Origin: an uncultured Candidatus Saccharibacteria bacterium
GTDB lineage: Bacteria > Patescibacteriota > Minisyncoccia > Phycocordibacterales > DATDWN01
NCBI GenBank assembly: GCA_964468795.1
Contig: CAYXWL010000014.1
Span: 22,376 to 86,375 of the forward strand
Length of the DNA: 64,000 nucleotides
Direction of reading: 5' to 3'
Below the pieces are notes generated by a model, which did not search any database, had not been told where the DNA came from, and saw nothing but the letters and a program-made list of their open reading frames with translations. Shown piece after piece: positions 36,493 through 45,615 of this stretch. A program made the translations under genes and the position numbers. The first letter of the stretch is position 1. The number at the start of each line of letters is the position of its first letter.

Positions 36493-36762
36493 TTAAGCTG
36501 ATGCTTTCTTTAGCATCGCAGCAATTCGAGATTTCTTTCTAGCTGCTGTGTTCTTTTTTATAAGGCCAGTTTTTGCCGCCTTATCGAGAATTTTTTGAAC
36601 CTCTTTCATGTACTCCTTTGCATCCTTCACTTTCTTGTCTGCAACAAGTTTTTTGATGTTCTTGAGAGTTTTGTTTACTTTCTCCTTCTTTGCAGTATTG
36701 AAAGACTTCTTTCGCTGTGATCCTCGAAGAGCCTTTTTAGCTGATTTTGTTATTGGCATAGG
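36493..36762 (-). CDS. rpsT: 30S ribosomal protein S20
   Basis: MPITKSAKKALRGSQRKKSFN..., a typical S20 sequence. Confidence 0.85.
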   Translation of the reverse strand, partial: PMPITKSAKKALRGSQRKKSFNTAKKEKVNKTLKNIKKLVADKKVKDAKEYMKEVQKILDKAAKTGLIKKNTAARKKSRIAAMLKKASA

Positions 36763-36841
36763 CAAGATAGTATAACAGAATATAAAAATAATCAAGCCTC
36801 AAAACATAGCTCTCCCCCTAGAAATAGAGTATTATAGTGGT

Positions 36842-37402
36842 ATGATAGGACATCTCAAAGGAACTGTAATCCACCAGGATCTAAAGTCTGTTATTTTAGA
36901 TGTAAATGGGGTTGGATATAAAATATATACAAATACCTCCATTCTCGATTATCACAAGGAAAAAACTTTGGAATTTTGGACATATTTGGCTGTTCGAGAG
37001 AACGTTTTGGACCTGTACGGCTTTCAAACAAAAGATGAGATAGACTTTTTTGAACTGCTTTTGACCGTATCAGGCATTGGACCAAAATCTGCTTTGGGCA
37101 TATTATCCATTGCTACAATACAGAACTTGAAACACGCTATCTCTACCGGCGACACTAGCCACCTAACAAAAGTTTCTGGCATAGGAAAGAAAAATGCTGA
37201 AAAAATTGTTCTTGAATTAAAAGATAAACTGGACGGCCTTGTGTTTGAAATGGAATACTCCACTGCCGGCGATGTTGATGCACTTGAAGCCCTAAAAGCT
37301 CTTGGCTATGCTGAAAAAGAGGCACGAGAAGCTTTGAAAAAAGTTTCTGAAGCCAAAGATACAGGAGACAAGGTAAAGAAAGCCTTGAAATTGTTATCAT
37401 AA
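36842..37402 (+). CDS. ruvA: Holliday junction DNA helicase subunit RuvA
   Basis: MIGHLKGTV ... GVGYKI ... helix-hairpin-helix GIGPKSA and GIGKKNAEKI. Confidence 0.9.
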   Translation: MIGHLKGTVIHQDLKSVILDVNGVGYKIYTNTSILDYHKEKTLEFWTYLAVRENVLDLYGFQTKDEIDFFELLLTVSGIGPKSALGILSIATIQNLKHAISTGDTSHLTKVSGIGKKNAEKIVLELKDKLDGLVFEMEYSTAGDVDALEALKALGYAEKEAREALKKVSEAKDTGDKVKKALKLLS

Positions 37403-37425
37403 AATCTCTTTTAGGGACAATTAAA

Positions 37426-37600
37426 ACCTCTTCCTCGGCATTTCATTTTTGGAGCACGGATATTTTTCTGCTGAAAAATTCCTCAAGTCTTCCCTTACAG
37501 GGACTGTACACCTTTCGCCCTAAGGCTCAAGGTCTTGCGAAGCTAATCGCTTCTCACTACCCGGCTTGCGAAGTCTCCAAAAATGAAATGCACTCAACGA
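37426..37600 (+). ncRNA. candidate structured RNA closed by a long helix (6S-like shape; identity unknown)
   Basis: cctcggcatttcatttttggag at the 5' end pairs with ctccaaaaatgaaatgc...cgagg at the 3' end. The roughly 120-nt interior is GC-richer than surrounding DNA. Confidence 0.3.
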
Positions 37601-37754
37601 GGTTTTGTGTTATTTTGTGGGTATGTTTTTGCGTTGGATATTCGCCGAGTTCAAGGCGCGAATGAGGAATGCGACCAAAGTGTACAAGTAGTACTCTGCG
37701 GGAGCATCCGGAATGAGCAACGCAGAAATCGACGAATATACAAGCAAAATCAAA

Positions 37755-38654
37755 ATGCCTGAACTACCTGAAGTAACAACCACAGTAAACGGCCTAAATA
37801 ACGTCCTCAAAGGACTATCCATTAAAGATGTCTGGTCTGACTACTTTGTAAACACTTCTAACAAAAGAACAGACAACATAAAGAACAAGAAATATTTTGA
37901 AAAATTTAAAAGCGAAATTGTTGGCGAAAAATTTAAAAATGCCGAAAGAAGAGGAAAAAATATTTTAATTCACTTTACTAACAACAAGACAGTGTTGATC
38001 CACATGAAGATGACAGGGCATCTCTTGTATGGGAAATACGAATGGAACGGAAAGAAATGGAAGAGTGATGTTCCCCTCCTCTCTGACTCTTTTAACCAGT
38101 TTATCCACCTTATTTTTACCCTATCAAACGGAAAGTATCTGGCTTTTTCGGACATGAGAAAATTTGCCAAGGTTATAATGTTTGAAACAGACAAAAAGCA
38201 CGAACATGTCGACTTGGTAGGTCTTGGACCTGAACCTCTGGACGGGCTATCAAAAGACACTCTAAAGGCTCAGGTGTTAAAGAAGCCTAACTGGGATATT
38301 AAAACTGTACTTATGGACCAAAGCATAGTAGCAGGCATCGGAAACATTTATTCTGATGAGATACTCTGGACTGCAGGAGTCCATCCAGAGAGAAAACCAA
38401 CTTCCCTCACAAACAATGAGATAAGCGACATGTGGAAAGCCACGACAGAGATACTTGAGAGATCCATAAAGATGGGTGGTGATTCCATGTCCGACTATCG
38501 AAATATTTACGGGGAAAAAGGAAACTTCCAAAATGCACACATGGTTTACAGACGCACAAAGCAAAAGTGTCTCAAAAAAGGATGTAAAGGAATCATTGAA
38601 AGAAAAATAATAGGAGGAAGAAGTGCCCATTTTTGCAACACGCACCAGAAATAG
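37755..38654 (+). CDS. fpg: formamidopyrimidine-DNA glycosylase (Fpg/Nei family)
   Basis: MPELPEV N-terminus and C-terminal zinc finger C..C...C..C. Confidence 0.85.
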   Translation: MPELPEVTTTVNGLNNVLKGLSIKDVWSDYFVNTSNKRTDNIKNKKYFEKFKSEIVGEKFKNAERRGKNILIHFTNNKTVLIHMKMTGHLLYGKYEWNGKKWKSDVPLLSDSFNQFIHLIFTLSNGKYLAFSDMRKFAKVIMFETDKKHEHVDLVGLGPEPLDGLSKDTLKAQVLKKPNWDIKTVLMDQSIVAGIGNIYSDEILWTAGVHPERKPTSLTNNEISDMWKATTEILERSIKMGGDSMSDYRNIYGEKGNFQNAHMVYRRTKQKCLKKGCKGIIERKIIGGRSAHFCNTHQK

Positions 38655-38686
38655 AGAAAGTCTCTATTTTGTTGTATTATATTTAC

Positions 38687-39550
38687 ATGAACAAAGATGG
38701 CAGTTTAGTAATACTATTGCTCATAATCGCCCTAGGCCTATATGGGAGCATAAAAGGTCCTGCCACCGTCAGAAATACTCCTGAACAAAAACAGGCGGAC
38801 ATAGCTAGGCAGTTGCAAGACACTCAGTCAAAGGTTGATGACCTGAAAGAACAAGTTCAAATAGAAGTAGACAATAAAACCAAATCTCAATACAGAGATG
38901 TGGTAAAAATATCTACTATTGCAACAGGAGCAGATCCAGAGAATGAATATATTGTTTTACAAGTTAGCTCACGTGCTAAATCCCCTATCAATATTACCGG
39001 CTGGACTCTAAAAAGCACTTCTACAAATATTTCAATAAATATACCTAAGGCCTCAAAGCTTTACTTCGCTGGCATGGTTAACAGCGAAGAAGATGTCTAC
39101 GTTTCACCTGGCGATACAGTTTATTTGGTCACAAGCATTTCGCCTAACGGAGCCAGCTTCAAGATAAACAAGTGTTCTGGATATTTGACCCAATTTCAGA
39201 CTTTTTATCCATACATAAGTAGCAACTGTCCATTGCCAAGAGATGAAGACCTGTCTTCAATACCGAACAGCCCAAACAACGACGCCTGCCTCACATACAT
39301 AAGCAATTTTCCATCTTGCTCTATCCAGACTAGAACTTTGCCAGAAAACTGGAGCTACGAATGCACCAATTTCATTTACAAAAAAATCAACTACCCTTCC
39401 TGCATAGATACGCATAAAAACGATCCTGATTTTTATCAGCCAGAATGGAGAATTTACCTCAAGCGAAGCGAAAGGCTTTGGAAAGACAGGAGAGAAAATA
39501 TAGTTCTCTATGACAACGAGGGAAAGATCGTTAGTACTTATAGGTATTAG
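38687..39550 (+). CDS. secreted/membrane-anchored Cys-rich hypothetical protein
   Basis: N-terminal TM/signal peptide and 8+ cysteines in the C-terminal half. Confidence 0.4.
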   Translation: MNKDGSLVILLLIIALGLYGSIKGPATVRNTPEQKQADIARQLQDTQSKVDDLKEQVQIEVDNKTKSQYRDVVKISTIATGADPENEYIVLQVSSRAKSPINITGWTLKSTSTNISINIPKASKLYFAGMVNSEEDVYVSPGDTVYLVTSISPNGASFKINKCSGYLTQFQTFYPYISSNCPLPRDEDLSSIPNSPNNDACLTYISNFPSCSIQTRTLPENWSYECTNFIYKKINYPSCIDTHKNDPDFYQPEWRIYLKRSERLWKDRRENIVLYDNEGKIVSTYRY

Positions 39551-39578
39551 CAAATCTCTTCCTCAACCTAATTCTTTC

Positions 39579-40052
39579 CTATTTATCCAGCATCCTAAAC
39601 AATCCGACTCCAAACGCAACGGAAACATTGAGAGACTCTTTTTCCCCTTCCATCGGTATTTCTGCAACAATATCGGCAATGTCTAAAATTTCTTTATCAG
39701 TACCCAAGACTTCATTTCCAACTACAAAAATCGCATTGCCCTTTACTTTTACTTTTTTGTAATCAACAGATTTTTTTGATTGCTCCAAAACTATCACCTC
39801 AAACTTCTTCTTTTTTAAATCTTTGAGAAGCTTTACTGGAGAATCCACATATTCCCAAGATATACTCTTTTCCGCTCCTAGAGCTACTTTAGCAATATCT
39901 TTTCTAGGTCTTTCAAACTTATCAATAGGCTTAGGTGTATATCCCGACAAATAGATTTTATTTACTCCCAAAGCGTCTGATGTTCGGAAAATTGAACCCA
40001 CATTATGAGTGCTTCGTATATCGTGAAGTAATATGTAGACTTTTGAGGCCAT
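39579..40052 (-). CDS. SpoU-family (TrmH/TrmL-like) RNA 2'-O-methyltransferase
   Basis: HNVGSIFRTSDALGV motif; 157 aa. Confidence 0.7.
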   Translation of the reverse strand: MASKVYILLHDIRSTHNVGSIFRTSDALGVNKIYLSGYTPKPIDKFERPRKDIAKVALGAEKSISWEYVDSPVKLLKDLKKKKFEVIVLEQSKKSVDYKKVKVKGNAIFVVGNEVLGTDKEILDIADIVAEIPMEGEKESLNVSVAFGVGLFRMLDK

Positions 40053-40173
40053 ATAGACAATTTGAAGTGATGAAATATAGGTTTTTTATAACATGCGCAG
40101 GCTTATATTACATCACGAAACACAAAGAATATAGCACATTGATAAATAGAATAAAGACCGCTATAATTTTCCT

Positions 40174-40554
40174 ATGTTTACATCATTTTTACACCCTTTA
40201 ACAACATTCCCGACACTTTTATCGTTTAGCCTTTTATCACCCATAATACTCAGGGTAGCGGTCGGAATTTACATTGCTTACATCGGCAAAACAAAGATAA
40301 GCAAAAAATATCCGGGTGTTGATCTGTTTTACTATATTGCAGGAGCCATGCTGATAGTTGGGCTTTACACACAGGTTACTGCTATAGCGGGGATATTGAT
40401 GCTAAAATTCTACTTCTACTTCGCATACTGGATACACAGAAAATCTTCACCGATTTCAATTGAAAGATATTTTGAATATGTCTTCCCTGCTGTCATCTTG
40501 CTATCCCTCATCTTCACAGGCCCAGGACTATTTGCATTCGATTTGCCATTGTAG
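40174..40554 (+). CDS. small multi-TM membrane protein
   Basis: Hydrophobic helices. Terminator hairpin at 40565-40592. Confidence 0.35.
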   Translation: MFTSFLHPLTTFPTLLSFSLLSPIILRVAVGIYIAYIGKTKISKKYPGVDLFYYIAGAMLIVGLYTQVTAIAGILMLKFYFYFAYWIHRKSSPISIERYFEYVFPAVILLSLIFTGPGLFAFDLPL

Positions 40555-40747
40555 AAAATTTAAAAAATCCTGATTACTCAGGATTTTTTATTTTGTGCGC
40601 CCAGGGGAATCGAATCTTACAGATTCTGTACACCTGTTCTACTTTTTGTTGCTAACCGCACAAAAAGTTATCACAGGTCTTCGATTCCCCACAAAACTAT
40701 CTCCCAGACAGTTTCTCCGGGTCTACAAATTTCAAAATTGAAATTTT

Positions 40748-40820
40748 GTGCGCCCGGGGGGAATCGAACCCTCGACCATCTCCTTAAAAGGGAGCTGCTC
40801 TACCGACTGAGCTACGGGCG
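40748..40820 (-). tRNA. tRNA-Lys (TTT)
   Basis: Acceptor GCGCCCG/CGGGCGC, D-stem GCTC/GAGC, anticodon loop CTTTTAA, T-loop TTCGATT. One mismatch each in the anticodon stem and T stem. Confidence 0.6.
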
Positions 40821-40861
40821 CAAGTATTTCAAAATATAACAGAAAACTGACTAAAGTCCAA

Positions 40862-41605
40862 TTAAACTCCAAGCACCCACTTCTCCAGCATCACATCCAT
40901 GTCGCCTTCGCCTTGGCGAACCCTATGTGTCATATCGACTAATTCCTCTGACATTTTTACAAGTTCCTCTGTCCTGTAGTTTCTGCTTCCACTCAAAGCA
41001 TTTTTAAAAGCATAAGGTGTAAGTCCTGCATCCACTGCGCTTTTGGCCCTACTTGCAAGTATCATGTTCTTTACCTGCCAGAAAAATATGCCATGAAGCT
41101 CCTCTGGCACGCTCCCCTTTTTTATTGCATCAACATATGAAACCCAAAGCTTCCTTTTGTCTTTTTCCAAAAGTCCGTCTGTAACAGAGAAAATATTATA
41201 AAAAGGTTTTTTGCTTTCTGGCTTTTTGAATTCCTGAACCTGCTTTGAATTTCTCTCAATCTTTTTTAAAGTTGCAACATCAATACCTCCTTCAAGCATC
41301 AAAAATATTTGATCTGAATTATTGACTTCCTCCAGCCTGTCTACTATGTAGGCTTTTGCATCCTTTTTCTCAAAAACATTATCAAGTACCACAGTATATT
41401 TCTGTTCAAAAAGCCCTTGAGAACTGATGAGCTCATCAAACAACGATTCGCTCCAATTCTCCGAGTTTATCCTAAATAGTTCGGCGCTTGGCCTTTTTTT
41501 CTTTGCAGAATCCAAAAGCTCATGGAGCTTCTTTCGAGTTTTTATGGAGTCACTGCCGTAAAGCACATAAAGCATTAAATCATTATACAGCAATTTTCTG
41601 GACAA
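40862..41605 (-). CDS. holA: DNA polymerase III delta subunit-like
   Basis: Size and pattern LYVLYGSD...EL.....SLF consistent with HolA N-terminal domain. Confidence 0.5.
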   Translation of the reverse strand: MSRKLLYNDLMLYVLYGSDSIKTRKKLHELLDSAKKKRPSAELFRINSENWSESLFDELISSQGLFEQKYTVVLDNVFEKKDAKAYIVDRLEEVNNSDQIFLMLEGGIDVATLKKIERNSKQVQEFKKPESKKPFYNIFSVTDGLLEKDKRKLWVSYVDAIKKGSVPEELHGIFFWQVKNMILASRAKSAVDAGLTPYAFKNALSGSRNYRTEELVKMSEELVDMTHRVRQGEGDMDVMLEKWVLGV

Positions 41606-41830
41606 AGAGAAAGCGGCATTTCTGCCGCTTTATCTCCAAAATCTTACATGATTTGTTTACATGGTTTCCCGATTCTGCATTTCCTTTCCGCAGCATCGGC
41701 AAAACGTTCCGGGAGGCTGGGCAAGATTCCAAAGTCTGCACCAGCGCATGACGCAAATCGAATACTTCCAAGTCATGGCATACCTCCTATTACTCTAATA
41801 TTATACCACAATATGCTTTATTTTGTCAAG

Positions 41831-44185
41831 TTACAACACTGCCTTTGTTTCAGCCCAATTATCCCCAGATGAAACAGTGGCCTCGCATATTACCCCAGAA
41901 ACATCTTTTGGATTGATTACGCTTTCCATTATTTTCTTTATTTCAGTAGCAACGGAATCTATTATCCCCTCTTTTATCTCATAAACCAGCTCGTCATGTA
42001 CCTGAAGGAGAAGTCTTGCATCGTTCTTTATCCCCTTGCTCTCCAAAAATTTATCTATCCTTATCATTGCAAGCTTTATTATGTCCGCCTCTGTTCCTTG
42101 TATCGGAGCGTTTATTGCCATTCTCTCAGCTGCAGCTTTCATAAACGGCAATCGAGAGCGAATATCTGGAAAATATCTTCTCCTGCCGAAATAAGTTTCT
42201 GTATATCCCTTTTGAGCAGTCTCCTTCTTTACTCTTTCCAAGTATTCGGCAAGACCGCTGTAACTGCCAAAGTATTCATCCAGAAACTTCTGAGCATCTT
42301 CCCTGTTTGTTCCGAGATTTTTCTGAAGAGCAGTAACCCCCATTCCGTACATAACACCAAAGTTAATGACTTTCGCTTTGGACCTCATTTCCTTTGTCAC
42401 ATTTTCAGGCTTTACTCCAAAAACCTCGCAAGCAACTGCAGTGTGGACATCCTGTCCTGTTTTGAAAATGTTTATAAGCTTTTTATCTCCAGAAAGAAAA
42501 GCAGCAATGCGAAGCTCAATCTGAGAGTAATCAAATGTGACTATCTTGTATCCCTTTTCAGCAATGAAAGATTTTCTGATCTCTCTGCCTAGCTCGGTCT
42601 TGTTTGGAATATTTTGGACTCCTGGATTCTGACTTGCCATCCTGCCTGTAGCAGAGCCGGCCTGTATGAATTCCGGATGCAGGCGATTATTTTTATCAAC
42701 AAGCTTTGGAATAGTATCTATGTATGTGCCGAGAAGTTTTGACAACTCTCTGTATTCCAAAACTAGGTCTACTACTGGGTTTTCTCCCTTTAGTTTTTCA
42801 AGTTCGGATTCTTTTGTAGAAAATCCTCCGCTGGCTGTTTTTTTCTGATTCTTTGCCTTAAGGCCCATCTTTACAAAAAGCATTTCGCCGAGCTGTTTTG
42901 GCGAGCTTATATTGAATTCCTCGCCTACTATTTTCCATATTTTTTTCTGGATAGAAGAAAGTTCTGCATGGTATTTTTTGGATAATTCTTCCAACCTGTC
43001 GCAATCTATTTTCACCCCCACTTCCTTCATTTCCCTTACAATCGGCATGAGAGGCTTTTCTATATCGTCCCAGACAAAAGATAGTTCTTGGTCCTTAATT
43101 ATTTTTTCTAAAACTTTTCGAGCTTCTCCCAGAGAATTGGCATGGGTATAAGATAAAATATCATCTAGGTTCGGATTGGTCTTGTTTGAATCAACAATCC
43201 ATAGAAGCAACCCTACTTCCAAAATGTCCTCTTGCGACTCATTGCCTGACTCTGATACCGGCATATCCAAAGACAGAGCTTCTGCCACTTTTACCCCCAA
43301 CGTTCTAAACTCAAATTCCCTGAACAGCTCCCCTACTTTGTTCATATCAACATCTTCTCTCCAGACTTTTTCTGGCACCACAAAGTGAATGGGAGCGTCC
43401 CGCCTAATAGTGGCAAGCATTTTTGAGAACTGCGCTTCTTCCTCTCCATTTTTCAAAAGTTCAATCACTCTCTTCTTTATTCCTGCCTTTTCGAATTCTG
43501 CTTCGCTTTTCTTTAACTTTTTGTATATGTCCTCTATTGATCCAAACTTTGTAATCAAAATTTCTGCAGTTTTTTCTCCTATACCCGGAATACCAACTAT
43601 GTTGTCAGAAGGGTCGCCTCTGAGACCTTTGTAGTCAGGCAAAAGCTCCGGACCGAAGCCGAACCTTTCCCTTACAGCATCCTCGTTGTAAATGATTGTA
43701 TCCTTTATTCCTTTCTTTAATGTATAAACTCTAACCTTATCACCCGAAACTAACTGCATAGTATCCATATCTCCAGAAGCGATGATGACATCAATGTCTT
43801 TATTGTCTCTCAATTTTTCCGTGATTGTCCCGAGCATATCATCAGCCTCAAAACCAGGAGATGAATACATTGGAATATTTAGAGCCTTGAAAACTTCTTT
43901 AGACCTTTCTAGCTGAGAAATGAGAGCTTCGTCTATTTTTTTTCTGTGTGCCTTGTACTCGACGTATGCCTCGTGCCTTACTGTTTTCTCCGGCAAGTCG
44001 TAGCAAGCGATTATATAGTCTGGCTTTAAGTCTTTGACTAGCTTTATCAAAAAAGTGCAAAGCCCGTACAAAGCTCCTGTAGGCACCCCTTTGCTAGACT
44101 CAAATTCCGGAAGGGCGTGATAAGACCTGTGCAATATGGCGTGCACATCGAGTAGAACCAGAGTTTTTTTATCCTTTTTTGCCAT
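41831..44185 (-). CDS. polA: DNA polymerase I
   Basis: 5'-3' exonuclease N-terminus (LLDVHAILHRSYHA), polymerase motifs RRYFP, KVINFGVMYG, QVHDELV. Confidence 0.9.
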   Translation of the reverse strand: MAKKDKKTLVLLDVHAILHRSYHALPEFESSKGVPTGALYGLCTFLIKLVKDLKPDYIIACYDLPEKTVRHEAYVEYKAHRKKIDEALISQLERSKEVFKALNIPMYSSPGFEADDMLGTITEKLRDNKDIDVIIASGDMDTMQLVSGDKVRVYTLKKGIKDTIIYNEDAVRERFGFGPELLPDYKGLRGDPSDNIVGIPGIGEKTAEILITKFGSIEDIYKKLKKSEAEFEKAGIKKRVIELLKNGEEEAQFSKMLATIRRDAPIHFVVPEKVWREDVDMNKVGELFREFEFRTLGVKVAEALSLDMPVSESGNESQEDILEVGLLLWIVDSNKTNPNLDDILSYTHANSLGEARKVLEKIIKDQELSFVWDDIEKPLMPIVREMKEVGVKIDCDRLEELSKKYHAELSSIQKKIWKIVGEEFNISSPKQLGEMLFVKMGLKAKNQKKTASGGFSTKESELEKLKGENPVVDLVLEYRELSKLLGTYIDTIPKLVDKNNRLHPEFIQAGSATGRMASQNPGVQNIPNKTELGREIRKSFIAEKGYKIVTFDYSQIELRIAAFLSGDKKLINIFKTGQDVHTAVACEVFGVKPENVTKEMRSKAKVINFGVMYGMGVTALQKNLGTNREDAQKFLDEYFGSYSGLAEYLERVKKETAQKGYTETYFGRRRYFPDIRSRLPFMKAAAERMAINAPIQGTEADIIKLAMIRIDKFLESKGIKNDARLLLQVHDELVYEIKEGIIDSVATEIKKIMESVINPKDVSGVICEATVSSGDNWAETKAVL

Positions 44186-44200
44186 GCTTAAATTATATCA

Positions 44201-44638
44201 TTAAGACTCGATCTCTATTTCTCTCGAGTTTCCATCTTCTAACGCACTAAATTTTATCTTCACATGCTCTGGCATTATCTCGCTTACCCTTTCCGGCCAT
44301 TCAATAAGTATTAAATTATTTTTATCAGAAATGATTTTCTGCCAACCCAAATTCAAAAGTTCCTCTCCGCTATTTAGTCTATACGCATCAATATGTATTA
44401 GATGTGAAAATTTATTGCCATATAGTTCATAAATCTTTTCAATTACAAATGTCGGGCTTGTGACAGAGTCCTCCACTCCTAAAATAGATGCCACTGATTT
44501 TGTAAAAGTTGTCTTTCCGCCCCCAAGATTTCCGTACAATCCAACAACAAAAGCTGAATCATTTTTCGGAGAAATCGAATTTATAAAATCTTCGGCGATT
44601 TTGTGAGTTTCCTCGAGGCTGTTAGATACGTGCTTCAT
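44201..44638 (-). CDS. tsaE: tRNA threonylcarbamoyladenosine biosynthesis protein TsaE
   Basis: LYGNLGGGKTTFTK P-loop; about 145 aa. Confidence 0.75.
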   Translation of the reverse strand: MKHVSNSLEETHKIAEDFINSISPKNDSAFVVGLYGNLGGGKTTFTKSVASILGVEDSVTSPTFVIEKIYELYGNKFSHLIHIDAYRLNSGEELLNLGWQKIISDKNNLILIEWPERVSEIMPEHVKIKFSALEDGNSREIEIES

Positions 44639-44667
44639 ATCTTGGATATTAGCATATTTTTATACGA

Positions 44668-44697
44668 AAAAACCCGCCTCATTTGGCGGGTTTCTGA
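44668..44697. terminator. terminator hairpin between tsaE and the GC-rich gene
   Basis: aaacccgcc-tcatttg-gcgggttt, followed by palindrome gaggcaggcatgcctgcctc. Confidence 0.5.
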
Positions 44698-44726
44698 GGC
44701 AGGCATGCCTGCCTCGGAAATGTACT

Positions 44727-45533
44727 CTACCTCCATGTGGGGGGAGGTCGGCGCGGAACTGAGCGTTGCGTCGGCTGGGGCCGAGGCACATACCTCTGGT
44801 ACTCAGGCCTGAGCCTGATCTCCCAGGTATAGAACCTCGTACCAGATCCGAAATTTCCACCTGAATTTCGCAAGGTGAAAGTTTGGGACCTTGCCAGTCC
44901 CAGTGTGCCGTCAGGGAAATGCCCTTTGGCGATAAACTGGAACGAAACGTATCGGCCGTCTCTCCAGGTATTGATCTGCCTGAAGAGCGTGATCGATCCG
45001 CCAGCGCAGAGCCGGCCGACCACCTGCCCTCTTTCATCCTCAATCGAGTCGAGGATGAAATCGTGGGTATTGATCACTCGGACTTTTACGAAGTCCGAGA
45101 CTGACCAATTGCCCGTGGCACGGGGGTCAATCGTCATTTCCTGCTCTTCCGAAGGAGAGCAACCGGAAACCTCGGCGCGGTCGTGGGCCTTGCGCCACTC
45201 GTTCTCGGCCCTCGATCTGTCCTTCTCGTCCTTCTTGAAGCTCTTTCGAGCCTCTCGCATGGCGGGAGTATCGAAAGTTTCAATGTACGAATCCTGAAGC
45301 TTCTCGAGATTCTTCATCTCGATTCTCAAGGCCTCGTACACAACCTTCTTCTTATCGATCGACTTCGGGTTAGAGAAGACGAGGACTCCGATCCGCTCCT
45401 CAGCTTCCTTGATCTGCTTCTGCAGAGAAAGCTGGGTACGATTCGGCTTCCAGTCTGGAGCCTTCTGCGCTTCGAGGGTAGTTGCGAGGGCGACCAACAT
45501 AATGGCCACCACCATAGTTTTCAAGGTGTTCAT
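44727..45533 (-). CDS. GC-rich secreted hypothetical protein
   Basis: Signal peptide MNTLKTMVVAIMLVALATTLEA. Pro/Arg-rich C-terminal tail. Local GC far above genome background. Confidence 0.45.
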   Translation of the reverse strand: MNTLKTMVVAIMLVALATTLEAQKAPDWKPNRTQLSLQKQIKEAEERIGVLVFSNPKSIDKKKVVYEALRIEMKNLEKLQDSYIETFDTPAMREARKSFKKDEKDRSRAENEWRKAHDRAEVSGCSPSEEQEMTIDPRATGNWSVSDFVKVRVINTHDFILDSIEDERGQVVGRLCAGGSITLFRQINTWRDGRYVSFQFIAKGHFPDGTLGLARSQTFTLRNSGGNFGSGTRFYTWEIRLRPEYQRYVPRPQPTQRSVPRRPPPTWR

Positions 45534-45615
45534 TCAAATCCTCCTATATACATATTACACCATTTTTAGTGTTTTGTCAATATGGGAAAAGTGGCTATAT
45601 TTAGGCCTCTTTTGT

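Noticed and set aside
45409-45615. 5' extension of the gspE ORF and ORFs 44875-45297, 44883-45104, 45183-45569
   Set aside because: Shadow ORFs over the GC-rich secreted-protein gene on the opposite strand; gspE start reassigned to 45616.
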